A stretch of 64,000 bases of DNA from Candidatus Onstottus arcticum (lineage in GTDB: Bacteria; Acidobacteriota; Blastocatellia; UBA7656): contig JBBPIE010000036.1 in assembly GCA_038040485.1 (NCBI GenBank), positions 3,076-67,075 of the forward strand, given 5' to 3'. Under the pieces are notes generated by a model that saw only the letters and a program-made list of their open reading frames with translations, searched no databases and was not told where the DNA came from. This document shows, in pieces, positions 1 to 9,535 of the stretch (its first letter is position 1; each line of letters starts with the position of its first letter). The position numbers and the translations under genes are program-made.

Positions 1-1
1 A

Positions 2-922
2 TTGCTTGGGCTTGGATTGCTGGCGGCTGTGCTGACCTTCGTGCTCACTTTTCTTGACCGCAGGTTTCGACTGCGCAGCGATCCTTTTCGCCGGCCGCTC
101 CGCCCGGTCAGGATCTTTTTGATTTCGTGTCTGGGCGGGCTGGGCCACACATTCATGGATTTCACCAACGTGTACGGCGTCCGGCCGTTCGCGCCGTTCA
201 GCCAGCGGTGGTTCTACGGCGACCTGGTGTTTATCGCCGATCCGTGGATATGGCTGATTCTCGGGGCCGCCGTGGTGTGGCTGACCACGACGGACGCCGC
301 GCGGACATTCGGGTGGCTTGTCGTCGGGATCATCGCTTCGCTTGTGGTGACCTTGTCGCTTCGCGCGCCGTCCGAGCAGCTTGCCGCAATCCCAGCCACG
401 GCCCGGGTGATCTGGTTCTGCGGGCTCGCGTTGATAGTCACGGGCGCCTTGTTTGGATGGAGGCGCGCGGGTGCGAAGCTCGCGCGCTACTCGCTGTTCG
501 TGCTCGCGCTCTACTACTGCGGCATGTGGATGGCGCATCAGTCCGCTATGAAACAAGCCCGGACCACGGCCCCCGATGCAAACGTTACATCGATGGCAGT
601 GTGGCCGACTCCGGCTAACCCGTTGCTGTGGCAAGGAGCCGCGACAACCGCCGACTCGGTCTACAGGGGAAACATAAACCTCGCAACCAGGCAATCCGAA
701 TGGAGCGAGCTGGCCAAGCTTGATCCGAAGTTTATCGAGCCGCTTCGCCAATCCGCGGAGGCGCGCGTCTTCCTCGACTTCGTGCGTTACGGCAGCGCGA
801 GCGTCGAAGAGCGGCCTGGCGGCTACACGATTACGTTGCGCGATTTGCGATTCAACCTGCGGATGCGAGTCGAGATGGACAGCGAGCTCACGGTGAGATC
901 GACCGATGTGCGTTGGTTCTGA
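2..922 (+). CDS. Metal-dependent hydrolase, YdjM/LexA-binding inner-membrane family (5' truncated by window edge)
   Basis: GHTFMDFTNVYGVRPFAPFS..W..GD.VFIADP motif typical of YdjM-like hydrolases; multiple TM segments. Confidence 0.7.
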   Translation: MLGLGLLAAVLTFVLTFLDRRFRLRSDPFRRPLRPVRIFLISCLGGLGHTFMDFTNVYGVRPFAPFSQRWFYGDLVFIADPWIWLILGAAVVWLTTTDAARTFGWLVVGIIASLVVTLSLRAPSEQLAAIPATARVIWFCGLALIVTGALFGWRRAGAKLARYSLFVLALYYCGMWMAHQSAMKQARTTAPDANVTSMAVWPTPANPLLWQGAATTADSVYRGNINLATRQSEWSELAKLDPKFIEPLRQSAEARVFLDFVRYGSASVEERPGGYTITLRDLRFNLRMRVEMDSELTVRSTDVRWF

Positions 923-924
923 CA

Positions 925-1015
925 GCCTGGGAGCGCGGGCATCCTGCCCGCAGTTGTTGGACCGTGTTCGGCTCCTAAGCCCAGGCATGCGGGCAGGATG
1001 CCCGCGCTCCCAGGC
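925..1015. repeat. REP-like inverted doublet, family A
   Basis: Perfect 28-bp inverted repeat GCCTGGGAGCGCGGGCATCCTGCCCGCA (925-952) and its reverse complement (988-1015). Confidence 0.85.
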
Positions 1016-1064
1016 AGGTTATTGTTGCCCGCCAGTTCCGGCAGCCATAGAATGAGCTTTCCCG

Positions 1065-2297
1065 ATGAAGACCATAAGCGTTCGCCCCGGATACATTCCT
1101 TATACTCTCTCAGCCGCGATTCTGATCACCGCTGCGTCCGCCCTGGCTCGCGAACACCAAACCACAGCGGCGCTGGTCTGCCTCGCGCTCCTGGCGCCGG
1201 TGGCTCTTGCGGCCGCGTTCGACCGCGTTGAATTCGACGGCGACCTGCTCCGACACCGCGGGCCGCTCGCGTTCCTCCTGACTCACTTGTTCCGAATGCG
1301 CCGCGCGCTTTCGATCTCGGACATCGAGGCGATAACCACCGAGACGCTCCGGCTGAGTATCGGGCGAGGCGACGCGCGGTTGAGCTACCACACTCGCATC
1401 AGCGGCCAACACGTTGAACTAGTCGTCCGCTCGCATCGCGCGGCTTATGTGCCGTTCGTCAAAGCGCTGTTCCGCGCCGCGAGTTCGCAAAAGCTCGACC
1501 CGCGTTCGCTCGATCTGTTCGAGTATCTGGAAACGGGCGCCGACTTGAAGCGCACGCCTGAGATCCTGGGCGACATCGATACAATGCCCGTGCCCTTGCT
1601 TCGAAGGTTGGGCAACTCCCTGCGGCTGGCGGGGCGGCTCGCGCAAGCGTCGAGCTATTTCCGTGTCGCTTACGAAAAGGAGCCTCGAAACCCGGGGTTG
1701 CTTTATGAGATGTCGCGGTTCTATTACTCATCGGCGGCCCGACAAGACGCCCGGCTGCTTCAGCGATCAAACGCATGCTTGCGGCTGGCTTCGCGGCTGG
1801 CGGGTTCGGAGCCCGCGCTGTTAGAGCGAATCGGCGAAGCGTTCTTCGAGCGGTTGGACTACAAGCGCGCGACTGATTGTTTCCGGCGCGCGCTTGACCT
1901 TGATCCCGCGCGATTCCGATCGAACGTCGGGTTGGCTGAGATAGCGCTTCGAGACGGAAAGCTGGCGCACGTGGCTCATTTCTACAACGCGGCGACGGTT
2001 ACAAGTGACGCGGCGCTTGTTCGGGTGGCGGACCGGGAAGCTCATTACTACGAACGGCTGATGAGCGACGACGAGTTTCTTGAATCGGAACTCACCCGGA
2101 TTCGCATCTCGAATCAGGTCGGATGGGCGAGAAGGCTTTCGGCGTTGGCCTTCTTCAGCGCGTGGCTGACGGCTGGAATCGCAGGGCGGTTCTATCCTTT
2201 CGTCGAAGACTTCGGGTGGGCGATGATGGGCGCGGCCGGACTGTTGTGGTGCGCGGCGGGTCTCGCAACGCGCTACTTCCGAAGGCGCGTCGTTTGA
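1065..2297 (+). CDS. TPR-containing membrane protein of unknown function
   Basis: Two N-terminal and two C-terminal hydrophobic helices flank TPR-like helices (LGNSLRLAGRLAQASSYFRVAYEKEP; IGEAFFERLDYKRATDCFRRALDLDP). Confidence 0.7.
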   Translation: MKTISVRPGYIPYTLSAAILITAASALAREHQTTAALVCLALLAPVALAAAFDRVEFDGDLLRHRGPLAFLLTHLFRMRRALSISDIEAITTETLRLSIGRGDARLSYHTRISGQHVELVVRSHRAAYVPFVKALFRAASSQKLDPRSLDLFEYLETGADLKRTPEILGDIDTMPVPLLRRLGNSLRLAGRLAQASSYFRVAYEKEPRNPGLLYEMSRFYYSSAARQDARLLQRSNACLRLASRLAGSEPALLERIGEAFFERLDYKRATDCFRRALDLDPARFRSNVGLAEIALRDGKLAHVAHFYNAATVTSDAALVRVADREAHYYERLMSDDEFLESELTRIRISNQVGWARRLSALAFFSAWLTAGIAGRFYPFVEDFGWAMMGAAGLLWCAAGLATRYFRRRVV

Positions 2298-2369
2298 ACA
2301 TCGCGAGACGCCGAGGTCACCTGTTGCGTGGATTGAGGAGTAGTGGAATGATCTGACGAGGAGGCAACC

Positions 2370-2567
2370 ATGAGCGCAACCGTAGAAGACGTACTTGATA
2401 CGTTTGACCACCTATCCGAAGAAGAAAAGCGAAGGGTTGTGTCGGAGATTATCCGCCGAATGTCCACAAGCGATCTACCTGCCCTCACTGATGAAGATCT
2501 TGTTCTGAATGCAGAGGCTCTCTTCGTGGAACTAGACGATAGGGAATCGGCAAGTGAACAATCCTAA
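2370..2567 (+). CDS. Putative antitoxin (small acidic protein)
   Basis: 65 aa, acidic, strong SD GAGGAGG, overlaps downstream PemK/MazF toxin gene. Confidence 0.7.
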   Translation: MSATVEDVLDTFDHLSEEEKRRVVSEIIRRMSTSDLPALTDEDLVLNAEALFVELDDRESASEQS

Positions 2568-2868
2568 CCGGGGAGAGGTCTGGCTTGTTGATCTTGGCAT
2601 GACCGCGAAGATCAGGCCTTGCCTTGTGCTAAGTGTGCCTGCCCTAGATCAGGACCGCGCTTTGGCAACTCTAGTGCCTCATACGACCAGCACTCGCGGC
2701 TCAAGATTCGAGGTCTCGGTAAAAGCGCCATTTCTCCGCACCGGAGCTTTCGATGTGCAGAATCTTGTGACGATTCCGAATGCAAAGCTAATTAGAAAGC
2801 TCGGAAACCTCTCACCCATTCAGCTTGCTCCGGTCGAGGATACCGTCAGACTTTGGCTGGGCTTGTAG
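2554..2868 (+). CDS. Type II toxin, PemK/MazF family endoribonuclease
   Basis: RGEVWLVDL...K.RPCLVLS N-terminal signature; 104 aa. Confidence 0.9.
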   Translation: MNNPNRGEVWLVDLGMTAKIRPCLVLSVPALDQDRALATLVPHTTSTRGSRFEVSVKAPFLRTGAFDVQNLVTIPNAKLIRKLGNLSPIQLAPVEDTVRLWLGL

Positions 2869-2896
2869 CTTCTCGCCTGTCGCTTCGCGATTTGTG

Positions 2897-3982
2897 TTAT
2901 TTCGGATCACCCGACCCGGTGTTATCCGGCGCATAGTAGCCCCGTTTGGTCAGCAATGTTAACTTGCCTCCTCTCCTTTTCACATCGGGTGACAACGTCA
3001 CGTTGATCTTGCGATGTTTTCCATCTTTCATTGAATTGGTTGAGAGGTATTCAATCCAGTAGTAGTTGCGGAAAGCGTCGATTGTTTTGACAAGTCTTGC
3101 TGATATGTCTTCCGTCTTGACCTCCTTCTCCACAATTCCACCTGTTTCATCTACGTAAGGAGTAATGTCGCCGGCCGGTTTTCGCAGCGGTGCCGGATAA
3201 GGCCGGCCGCCTGCCGGTGCGTTCGGCGGATAAGGCCGGCCGCCTGCCCGAGCGGTCGGCGGATAAGGTCCGCCGCTTGCCGGTGCGTTCGGCGGATAAG
3301 GGCCGAGGACCGGACCATGGTTAGATACGATGATCCCGCATACAACGCTACCGGACGCAGAGAGTTGTTGCATCACGACTTTTTCAGACAAAACTTCTTC
3401 AGGCGTTGAGGAATTATCCGTGACCACAACTATGACTCGATGGCTGTCAGCGGCCGTCGCTTTTATCATATGCTTCGCCGCCTGAAAGAGAGCCTGTCTG
3501 GTAAGAGTGGCTCTCGCTGCAATCACGCCTCTTAGCTTTTCCTCCACCAAGCCCTTGTTCCTGGTGAAATCCTGAAGAACATAGAGTTCCTTGTGGAAAC
3601 TCATCAGAGCAACCTCATCGTCGGGTTTCAGGCGCTTTAGCCCATTCGATAGCGCCTTAATTATCCGGTCGATGATCGGGCGCATACTACCGCTTGAGTC
3701 GAGTAGCAGCAATATTGAAAGAGGGCGCTCGTCACGAAGAAAGCGCGTTGGCTTCTGCCTCTCGCCATCCTCCTCAGTCATGAAATCCTCTGCTTTGAGA
3801 TCGAGAACAAAACTGCCTGTCTTTTCATCCAGGACGCTGACCTTAACTATCACGGGATCCTGAGCCAGCCGGTCGAGCGGCCTACGCATCAGATTTCGCT
3901 CCAGCACGCCGGCTTCTTTGGAAGGCGCCTGCACCAGAACAAGGGCAAGAACAACACAAACCATGACGATGTTTCTAATCAT
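2897..3982 (-). CDS. VWA-domain protein (acidobacterial type), secreted
   Basis: MIDAS motif LLLDSSGSM, VVVTD, C-terminal Y.S.N...DGK.RKI.V...RGYYAP; signal peptide from ATG at 3982 (MIRNIVMVCVVLALV). Confidence 0.85.
   Translation of the reverse strand: MIRNIVMVCVVLALVLVQAPSKEAGVLERNLMRRPLDRLAQDPVIVKVSVLDEKTGSFVLDLKAEDFMTEEDGERQKPTRFLRDERPLSILLLLDSSGSMRPIIDRIIKALSNGLKRLKPDDEVALMSFHKELYVLQDFTRNKGLVEEKLRGVIAARATLTRQALFQAAKHMIKATAADSHRVIVVVTDNSSTPEEVLSEKVVMQQLSASGSVVCGIIVSNHGPVLGPYPPNAPASGGPYPPTARAGGRPYPPNAPAGGRPYPAPLRKPAGDITPYVDETGGIVEKEVKTEDISARLVKTIDAFRNYYWIEYLSTNSMKDGKHRKINVTLSPDVKRRGGKLTLLTKRGYYAPDNTGSGDPK
3192..3303 (-). repeat. Intragenic 33-bp tandem repeat encoding PYPPxAxAGGx
   Basis: GGATAAGG recurs at 3195, 3228, 3261 and 3294 (period 33). 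Confidence 0.85.
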
Positions 3983-3995
3983 AGCTGAAACCCCT

Positions 3996-6095
3996 CTATT
4001 CAGTCTTGAATGTAACAGGAGCGACCGGCACAACCAATCGAAAGCGCGTGCCGCGGTCATCTTCAACGGGACTGGTGAGTTCAACGGTCCCGCCCAATTC
4101 AACAATCCGGCGCTGCACTATCGCGAGCCCCAATCCTGTGCCGCGTGACTTCGTTGAGTAGAACGGCTCGAAGACTCGCTGCTGCTCTTGCTCTGAGATC
4201 CCCGGGCCAGTGTCCGTCACTGCGAGAATCAGCCTTGATTCACGCGAGCCCAGCGAACCACCTGCATCGCTGTTCTGTCTACTCACTTCAATTTTCACTC
4301 TGCCGGCGCGGCCGGTTGCTTGAACCGCGTTGATCACCAGATTGCTCAATGCCTCGCGCAGCGCCGCGGCCTGCGTGCCGGTGAGCGTGGCATCGCTGCC
4401 TGCTTGCACCTTCACCTGAACGCCTCGCTCCTCGGCTTCCGGGGCGGCCATCGCAAGGCAAGCGCTTACCACCTCCGACAGCGCGACCGGCTGCGATTCG
4501 GCGAAGCTCGGACGCGAGAACGCAAGCAGTTGCGACACCGTGCGATTGAGCCGGTCGATCTCGTTTATGATCATTGTGAGATCGCGCTCGTAATCCTTGA
4601 GCGAGTCTTCTTCGCGCATCACCTGAGCGATCGACTTGATCGACGAAAGCGGGTTCTTTACCTCGTGCGCAACCTGCGCGGCCATCTGACCAAGCGTCGC
4701 GAGCCGCTCGCGGGCCGCAAGCTCCCTTTCGAGCCGCACCTTCTCCTCTACAAGCCGAAGTCCCTCGACCGCGCTTGCAACCTGTCCGGCGAGCACGTCC
4801 AGCACCGCCCGCTTCTCGGAGGTCAGCGCGTTCGGTTCAGCCCAAACCAGCATCACTCCTGTTAGCTCGCCGTCGCGGCGAAGCGCATACGCGCTTGTGG
4901 CTGCGAGCGTCGTGAGATCGTCGCCCGTCTCGATCACGTCCGCATTCCACTCGATCATCTGCTGCGCAAGCCTTCGCTCGGGACTGTCCGGCGCCGCTGA
5001 CTCAGCCATGAAGACTCGCACGTTGCTCAACTCGAGCCCGCGCCGTATCGTGTCCTCGATGTACCGCACAAGCGCTTCCAATTCGCCGAAGCCTTCAGCG
5101 CCGGTCGAGACCTGACGCACCACGTCCCGATACAATCCGATCTCGCGAGTGAACAACCGGTGAACCATCCGGTCGATGACTCGAACCAACGGACTGGCAA
5201 GCGCAACCATGCCGAGAATCAAGATGACTTCAACAACGCCGGCAGTGACGATGTGAAACTTGTCGACCAGAAACTGGTCCAGTCGCCGCACGCCGTATGT
5301 GTACACGGCAATAAACACGAGCGCGAACGCCGCGTAGACAAGACTGTCCCTCACGGCTACATCGACCAGCTTGTATCGATAGACGTGATACGCGACAAAG
5401 AAGATCGGCAGCAGGGACGACAGGATGAATGCGATCCATGCCGGATCACCCGGGCCGGATCGCAAGACGGCGACCACGACGAACTCGAACACAGCGTTCA
5501 ACACAAGCAGCACCGCAATCCGCTTGAAGAAGGCGCGCTCTCGCCCTGCGCGCGAGTCCACCAGGTCTTTCATTCGCCAGTCCAGCCAAGCTGACGACCA
5601 CAGCATCAGCCCGTACCAGATCGAATACGGGATCAGCAACACGCCAAGCTTGTACAGGTATGGCCGATAACTTCCGGAATTGACCCGGTAGATCGCATAC
5701 GGCAAGAAGAGCATCGGCAGGTAGAGCAGGATTCCGATTTTTGTGACTGCTCTTTGCGTCAGCCTGCGGTAGTTGTCGAGCGACGCCCAAACGGCGACGT
5801 GCGCATGAAGCAACGCTGCGGGCAGCAGAGCTACGGCGGTCATCGCAAGCGTGTCCCAGGCTCGCAACAGAAACGTGAGCCGCTCAGGACCGAGTATCAA
5901 CTCATGAAACGTGATGAACAGGTTTCCGAGGAACCACACGCCCAGGCAGAGATTCAAAACCGTAATGAGCCGAACAGGCTGAGTGAGGTTGCGCCGAGAG
6001 CCAAGCCTCCGGTTCCAGATCAACCACGCGATGTAGAGATGAAGCGTCGCACCGGTGGCGAAACCGACGAGCTTGAGGATCTGAAGTGGCGACAT
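3996..6095 (-). CDS. Multi-TM sensor histidine kinase (membrane domain + GAF-like + HisKA + HATPase)
   Basis: H-box AHEVKNPL, N-box NLVINAVQA, G-boxes DTGPGI / GTGLGL; likely start MSPLQ at 6095. Confidence 0.9.
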   Translation of the reverse strand: MSPLQILKLVGFATGATLHLYIAWLIWNRRLGSRRNLTQPVRLITVLNLCLGVWFLGNLFITFHELILGPERLTFLLRAWDTLAMTAVALLPAALLHAHVAVWASLDNYRRLTQRAVTKIGILLYLPMLFLPYAIYRVNSGSYRPYLYKLGVLLIPYSIWYGLMLWSSAWLDWRMKDLVDSRAGRERAFFKRIAVLLVLNAVFEFVVVAVLRSGPGDPAWIAFILSSLLPIFFVAYHVYRYKLVDVAVRDSLVYAAFALVFIAVYTYGVRRLDQFLVDKFHIVTAGVVEVILILGMVALASPLVRVIDRMVHRLFTREIGLYRDVVRQVSTGAEGFGELEALVRYIEDTIRRGLELSNVRVFMAESAAPDSPERRLAQQMIEWNADVIETGDDLTTLAATSAYALRRDGELTGVMLVWAEPNALTSEKRAVLDVLAGQVASAVEGLRLVEEKVRLERELAARERLATLGQMAAQVAHEVKNPLSSIKSIAQVMREEDSLKDYERDLTMIINEIDRLNRTVSQLLAFSRPSFAESQPVALSEVVSACLAMAAPEAEERGVQVKVQAGSDATLTGTQAAALREALSNLVINAVQATGRAGRVKIEVSRQNSDAGGSLGSRESRLILAVTDTGPGISEQEQQRVFEPFYSTKSRGTGLGLAIVQRRIVELGGTVELTSPVEDDRGTRFRLVVPVAPVTFKTE

Positions 6096-6198
6096 AGACG
6101 ACAGGTGTGAGATTCGTTCGTGGCCAGACGCGCAAGCAAACAAAAGCAAAACTCAGAAACGACGCTCGACCTAGGTCGCCGCGGTCTGACGCGCGCCG

Positions 6199-6750
6199 TT
6201 ACTTCAGGATGTTTCTCACTGTGCAGCGAAAGCCTGGCAGCAATGGTGTGGTCACGTGGTCGCGAATTCCAAGCGTTGCAACTAGCTTTAGCTTGCTTGT
6301 GCGGTAGATAGCGATTGCCGAGCGCTCGGGGTCTACGATCCAATACTCTTTCACGCCGTACTTCCGATAAAGCTGCCGCTTGGCATGCCGGTCGCGGCGC
6401 TCGTTCTCAGTCCCAGGAGAAAGTATTTCAATAATCAAATCTGGCGCCCCTGAAACTCTAGCCCCAGTTGCTATCTCGTTTCGCCGCTCATTGCTGATGT
6501 AGACGACATCGGGTATTACTCCGCTGAAGTCGCTGAAGATCACTCCTGGCCCAGGCCAGACCTTGCCGATCGGGGTTTCGCGGAGATACTCGGTGAAAGC
6601 GAATAAGAGATTCACGACAACATCCTGATGCGTTAGGCTCGGTGCGCGAGACACGAAGAGTTCCCCCTCGATGACTTCGTAGCGGTTTCCGTCTTCGGGC
6701 ATTGCCTCAAGGTCCGCTATCGTTAGAATGGGCTCAAGCTTGGCTGCCAT
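6199..6750 (-). CDS. Uma2 family (DUF820) endonuclease
   Basis: RYEVIEGELFV..P...HQ, PDVV, GAPDLIIEILSP, K..LY.KYGVKEYWIVDP. Confidence 0.92.
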   Translation of the reverse strand: MAAKLEPILTIADLEAMPEDGNRYEVIEGELFVSRAPSLTHQDVVVNLLFAFTEYLRETPIGKVWPGPGVIFSDFSGVIPDVVYISNERRNEIATGARVSGAPDLIIEILSPGTENERRDRHAKRQLYRKYGVKEYWIVDPERSAIAIYRTSKLKLVATLGIRDHVTTPLLPGFRCTVRNILK

Positions 6751-6807
6751 ATAAACTGATTCCTTGACTCAACCTAACAACGGCGACAGCGGCACGCAAG
6801 CCGACCC

Positions 6808-8637
6808 TCACCACGCAAGCGCGTAGCGGCCTCGGCGCGGGTCGGCTCCAGCTTCGATCGCGCCCGAGTCTGGCCGGAGCATTATCACTGTCGGCGCTGA
6901 AGGATTTCCGTACGCGGCCTGCACTTCGACTTTGTGACCGCGCGATGAGAGATCGTCCCTCACTTCCTTCGCGATTCGGTCTTCGAGGTTCAGCACGCCG
7001 GGATTGAATCGGTGATCGTCAAACGAACTCACAAGGTGCAAGGTTTGGAACCGCGGAGCCTCGACGGCTTCTTGCACGTTCATCCCGAACTCGATGATGT
7101 TCAACAAGACTTGAATCAGCGACTGGTCCTGATTGTCCCCGCCGGGAGTTGAAAGGACGAAGAGCGGCTTGCCGTCCTTCATCACCAGCGTCGGGCTGAG
7201 CGTCACTCGCGGCCGTTTCCCCGGTTGGAGCACGTTCGGGTGACCTTCCTCGAGCAGGAACGATTGCATACGCTGGCCCAGCATCACGCCGGTGTCACCG
7301 GCCACGACCGTTGGCAGCCACGCGCCGGACGGAGTCGCGCTGAACACGTTACCGTCTTTGTCGATCACGTTCACGCAAGTCGTATCGTTGGCGCGCTCGG
7401 CTTCGGGCACGCGCGACTCACCTGTAAGCGCGGGCTGAACGCCGTTGTTTAAAAGCGGCTTCTTGTTGGCCGGATCGCCCGGCCGCTGTTCGAGCGACGC
7501 GTGCTTCTCGTCTATCAACGCCTTCCGTAACGCAGCGTAGTCCTTGGAGAGAAGCTGAGCGCCGGGCACTTTCACGAAGTCCGGGTCGCCGTAATACCGG
7601 TCGCGGTCGGCGAAGCCGAGCTTCATCGCTTCGATAAGCGTGTGAACGTAGTCCGCCGAGTTGTGCTTCATTGCGCGCACGTCAAAGCTTTCGAGGATGT
7701 TGAGCGTCTCGAGCATCGCCGGACCCGCTGCCCAAAAGCCCGTCTTGTACACTTCATAGCCGCGATACGTCGCCTTAGCCGGCTCCTCGACCTTCGCGTG
7801 AAAAGCGGCCAGGTCCGCGGCTCGCAGCAAGCCGCCGTTTGCTTCCGAAAACTCGGAAATGCGTTTGGCGATCGCGCCTTTGTAGAAATAATCCCGCGCG
7901 GCAATCAGCGCGGCATGGCGGCCTCGCGACCGGGAAGCTCGTTCGGCCTTGACGATTTCACGCAGCGTCCGCGCGAGGTCGGGCTGGAAGAACATCTCGC
8001 CTGGCTTTGGCACTCGACCGCCCGGAAGGAACAGCTTTGCGCTGGTTGGCCACGGCTCGTAGATCTTCCGCGTGTTCTCGATGTATCGCACTCGCAGCTC
8101 GTCGATGGGAAATCCGTCGGCCAGCTCGATAGCCGGCTGCATCACTTGCGCAAGCGACTTTGTGCCGAAGCGATCGAGCGCTGTCACCACTGCGTCAAGC
8201 ACGGCAGGAACTGTCGCGGGAAGAATTCCTGAAGACGGTATCGAGGCGGCTCCCTTTTCCTGCAGTCCGTTTTTCGCGCGCGCGAGGAAGAACTCGCGGG
8301 TCGCAAGGCGAGGGGCGATGCCCTGACCGTTGATGACAGTTGGAGCGCCGCTGGCGGTCTTGATGATGATTGGGACTTCGCCGCCGAACGAGAAGTGCGA
8401 AAACTCGATAACCGACGCCGCCAGTATCGTCGCGCAGCCCGCGTCCACCGCGTTACCTCCCTGCTGAAGCAATCGCAGACCCGCTTCGGCGGACAGCGGA
8501 TGACCAGCCGCAACTGCGCCGCGACTGCCGCGCACGACCGGGCGAAACGTGTCGGCTTGCGGAGCGATTGGGTTCAAGAGGAAGGCGCCGAGCAACAAAA
8601 CCAGACAAAGCAAGCACCCGAAGTTTTTCATCTGCAT
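6808..8637 (-). CDS. ggt: Gamma-glutamyltransferase family protein, exported
   Basis: GAVAAGHPL, GGNAVDA, ADRDRYYGDP, DTT autoproteolysis site, PGKRP, TPGGD. Confidence 0.92.
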   Translation of the reverse strand: MQMKNFGCLLCLVLLLGAFLLNPIAPQADTFRPVVRGSRGAVAAGHPLSAEAGLRLLQQGGNAVDAGCATILAASVIEFSHFSFGGEVPIIIKTASGAPTVINGQGIAPRLATREFFLARAKNGLQEKGAASIPSSGILPATVPAVLDAVVTALDRFGTKSLAQVMQPAIELADGFPIDELRVRYIENTRKIYEPWPTSAKLFLPGGRVPKPGEMFFQPDLARTLREIVKAERASRSRGRHAALIAARDYFYKGAIAKRISEFSEANGGLLRAADLAAFHAKVEEPAKATYRGYEVYKTGFWAAGPAMLETLNILESFDVRAMKHNSADYVHTLIEAMKLGFADRDRYYGDPDFVKVPGAQLLSKDYAALRKALIDEKHASLEQRPGDPANKKPLLNNGVQPALTGESRVPEAERANDTTCVNVIDKDGNVFSATPSGAWLPTVVAGDTGVMLGQRMQSFLLEEGHPNVLQPGKRPRVTLSPTLVMKDGKPLFVLSTPGGDNQDQSLIQVLLNIIEFGMNVQEAVEAPRFQTLHLVSSFDDHRFNPGVLNLEDRIAKEVRDDLSSRGHKVEVQAAYGNPSAPTVIMLRPDSGAIEAGADPRRGRYALAW

Positions 8638-8813
8638 TCTCCAGTAGATTAGTGTGTATTGGGAGTTTCCGGCGGCGCTAAGCGGTTGTCAACGGCGTGA
8701 TGGTTTGTCGGTGGCAAAAGGACGGGCTTGCGCTGAGGCAGGTTCAGGATTCGAAGGCGGCCAACCGGGAGGCATATCAAGACCGGGACACAGGAACGCG
8801 GAGAATGCGGCGC

Positions 8814-9026
8814 TCAGGCGATCAGGTCGTCGATGATCAGTTTGGCTATTCGCTCGCGGTCAAGGCGGCGCCGCACCTTGCGGCGGCGGTCGGTTCCTTC
8901 ATTATCGATCCAGGTCACTCCGCCGATCACGATGAGGGTGTCAGCGGTGTAGCGAATTGATCGCCTCCGTTCTTCTTTCCGGCGGTCTTTTTTGCCGCGC
9001 CTTTCGACGCTGTTCCAAAGAGGCAT
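8814..9026 (-). CDS. Small basic protein with ERR/DRR motifs
   Basis: SD GAGGA before ATG at 9026; MPLWNSVERRGKKDRRKEERRRSIRY...DRRRKVRR. Confidence 0.6.
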   Translation of the reverse strand: MPLWNSVERRGKKDRRKEERRRSIRYTADTLIVIGGVTWIDNEGTDRRRKVRRRLDRERIAKLIIDDLIA

Positions 9027-9100
9027 AATTCCTCGCCGCCCGGCGTCATGAATCCGGCTCCGGGCGTTGGTTTCTTGGGGCAAGAAGGTGTTGCTCCTAT

Positions 9101-9526
9101 TCAGGCAGCATTGAGCGGCCTGGTGACCGGAGCACGGTACACCTGATGTGTTGGCGCCATCTCGCTGTGGAAGTCCGACGGGTCGATCGCTGCAAGCGCC
9201 GCTTCTTCCTCGTAAACGAACAGTTGCTCTCTGATACCGTTCGCCTCGCGCTTTAGCGATTCGATGCGTTCCACCACAGAGCCGCGGTCCGAGCGGGTGG
9301 ATTCAAGCCTGAGAAGGAGCCGGTTTATCTCGGTCCCGTGCAGCTCTATCTCTTTCCTTATCAGGCTCTCCTCGTCTTCCAAGCCAGCCGCACGCCGCGA
9401 AAAGCCTCCGGCCTGGTCTTCGAGCCCTTCCGCCATTTGGTCCAGCATCCACATACTCAGGCGAGAATCCTGGCTCTCACCCATGGTTAAGGGCGCCGTT
9501 ACCTGCGCTTCTTCAAAGATCGTCAT
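9101..9526 (-). CDS. Hypothetical acidic coiled-coil protein
   Basis: 141 aa, heptad-like L/I pattern, SD GAGGTG, 9 bp downstream of the GGDEF gene. Confidence 0.65.
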   Translation of the reverse strand: MTIFEEAQVTAPLTMGESQDSRLSMWMLDQMAEGLEDQAGGFSRRAAGLEDEESLIRKEIELHGTEINRLLLRLESTRSDRGSVVERIESLKREANGIREQLFVYEEEAALAAIDPSDFHSEMAPTHQVYRAPVTRPLNAA

Positions 9527-9535
9527 ATCTCACCT

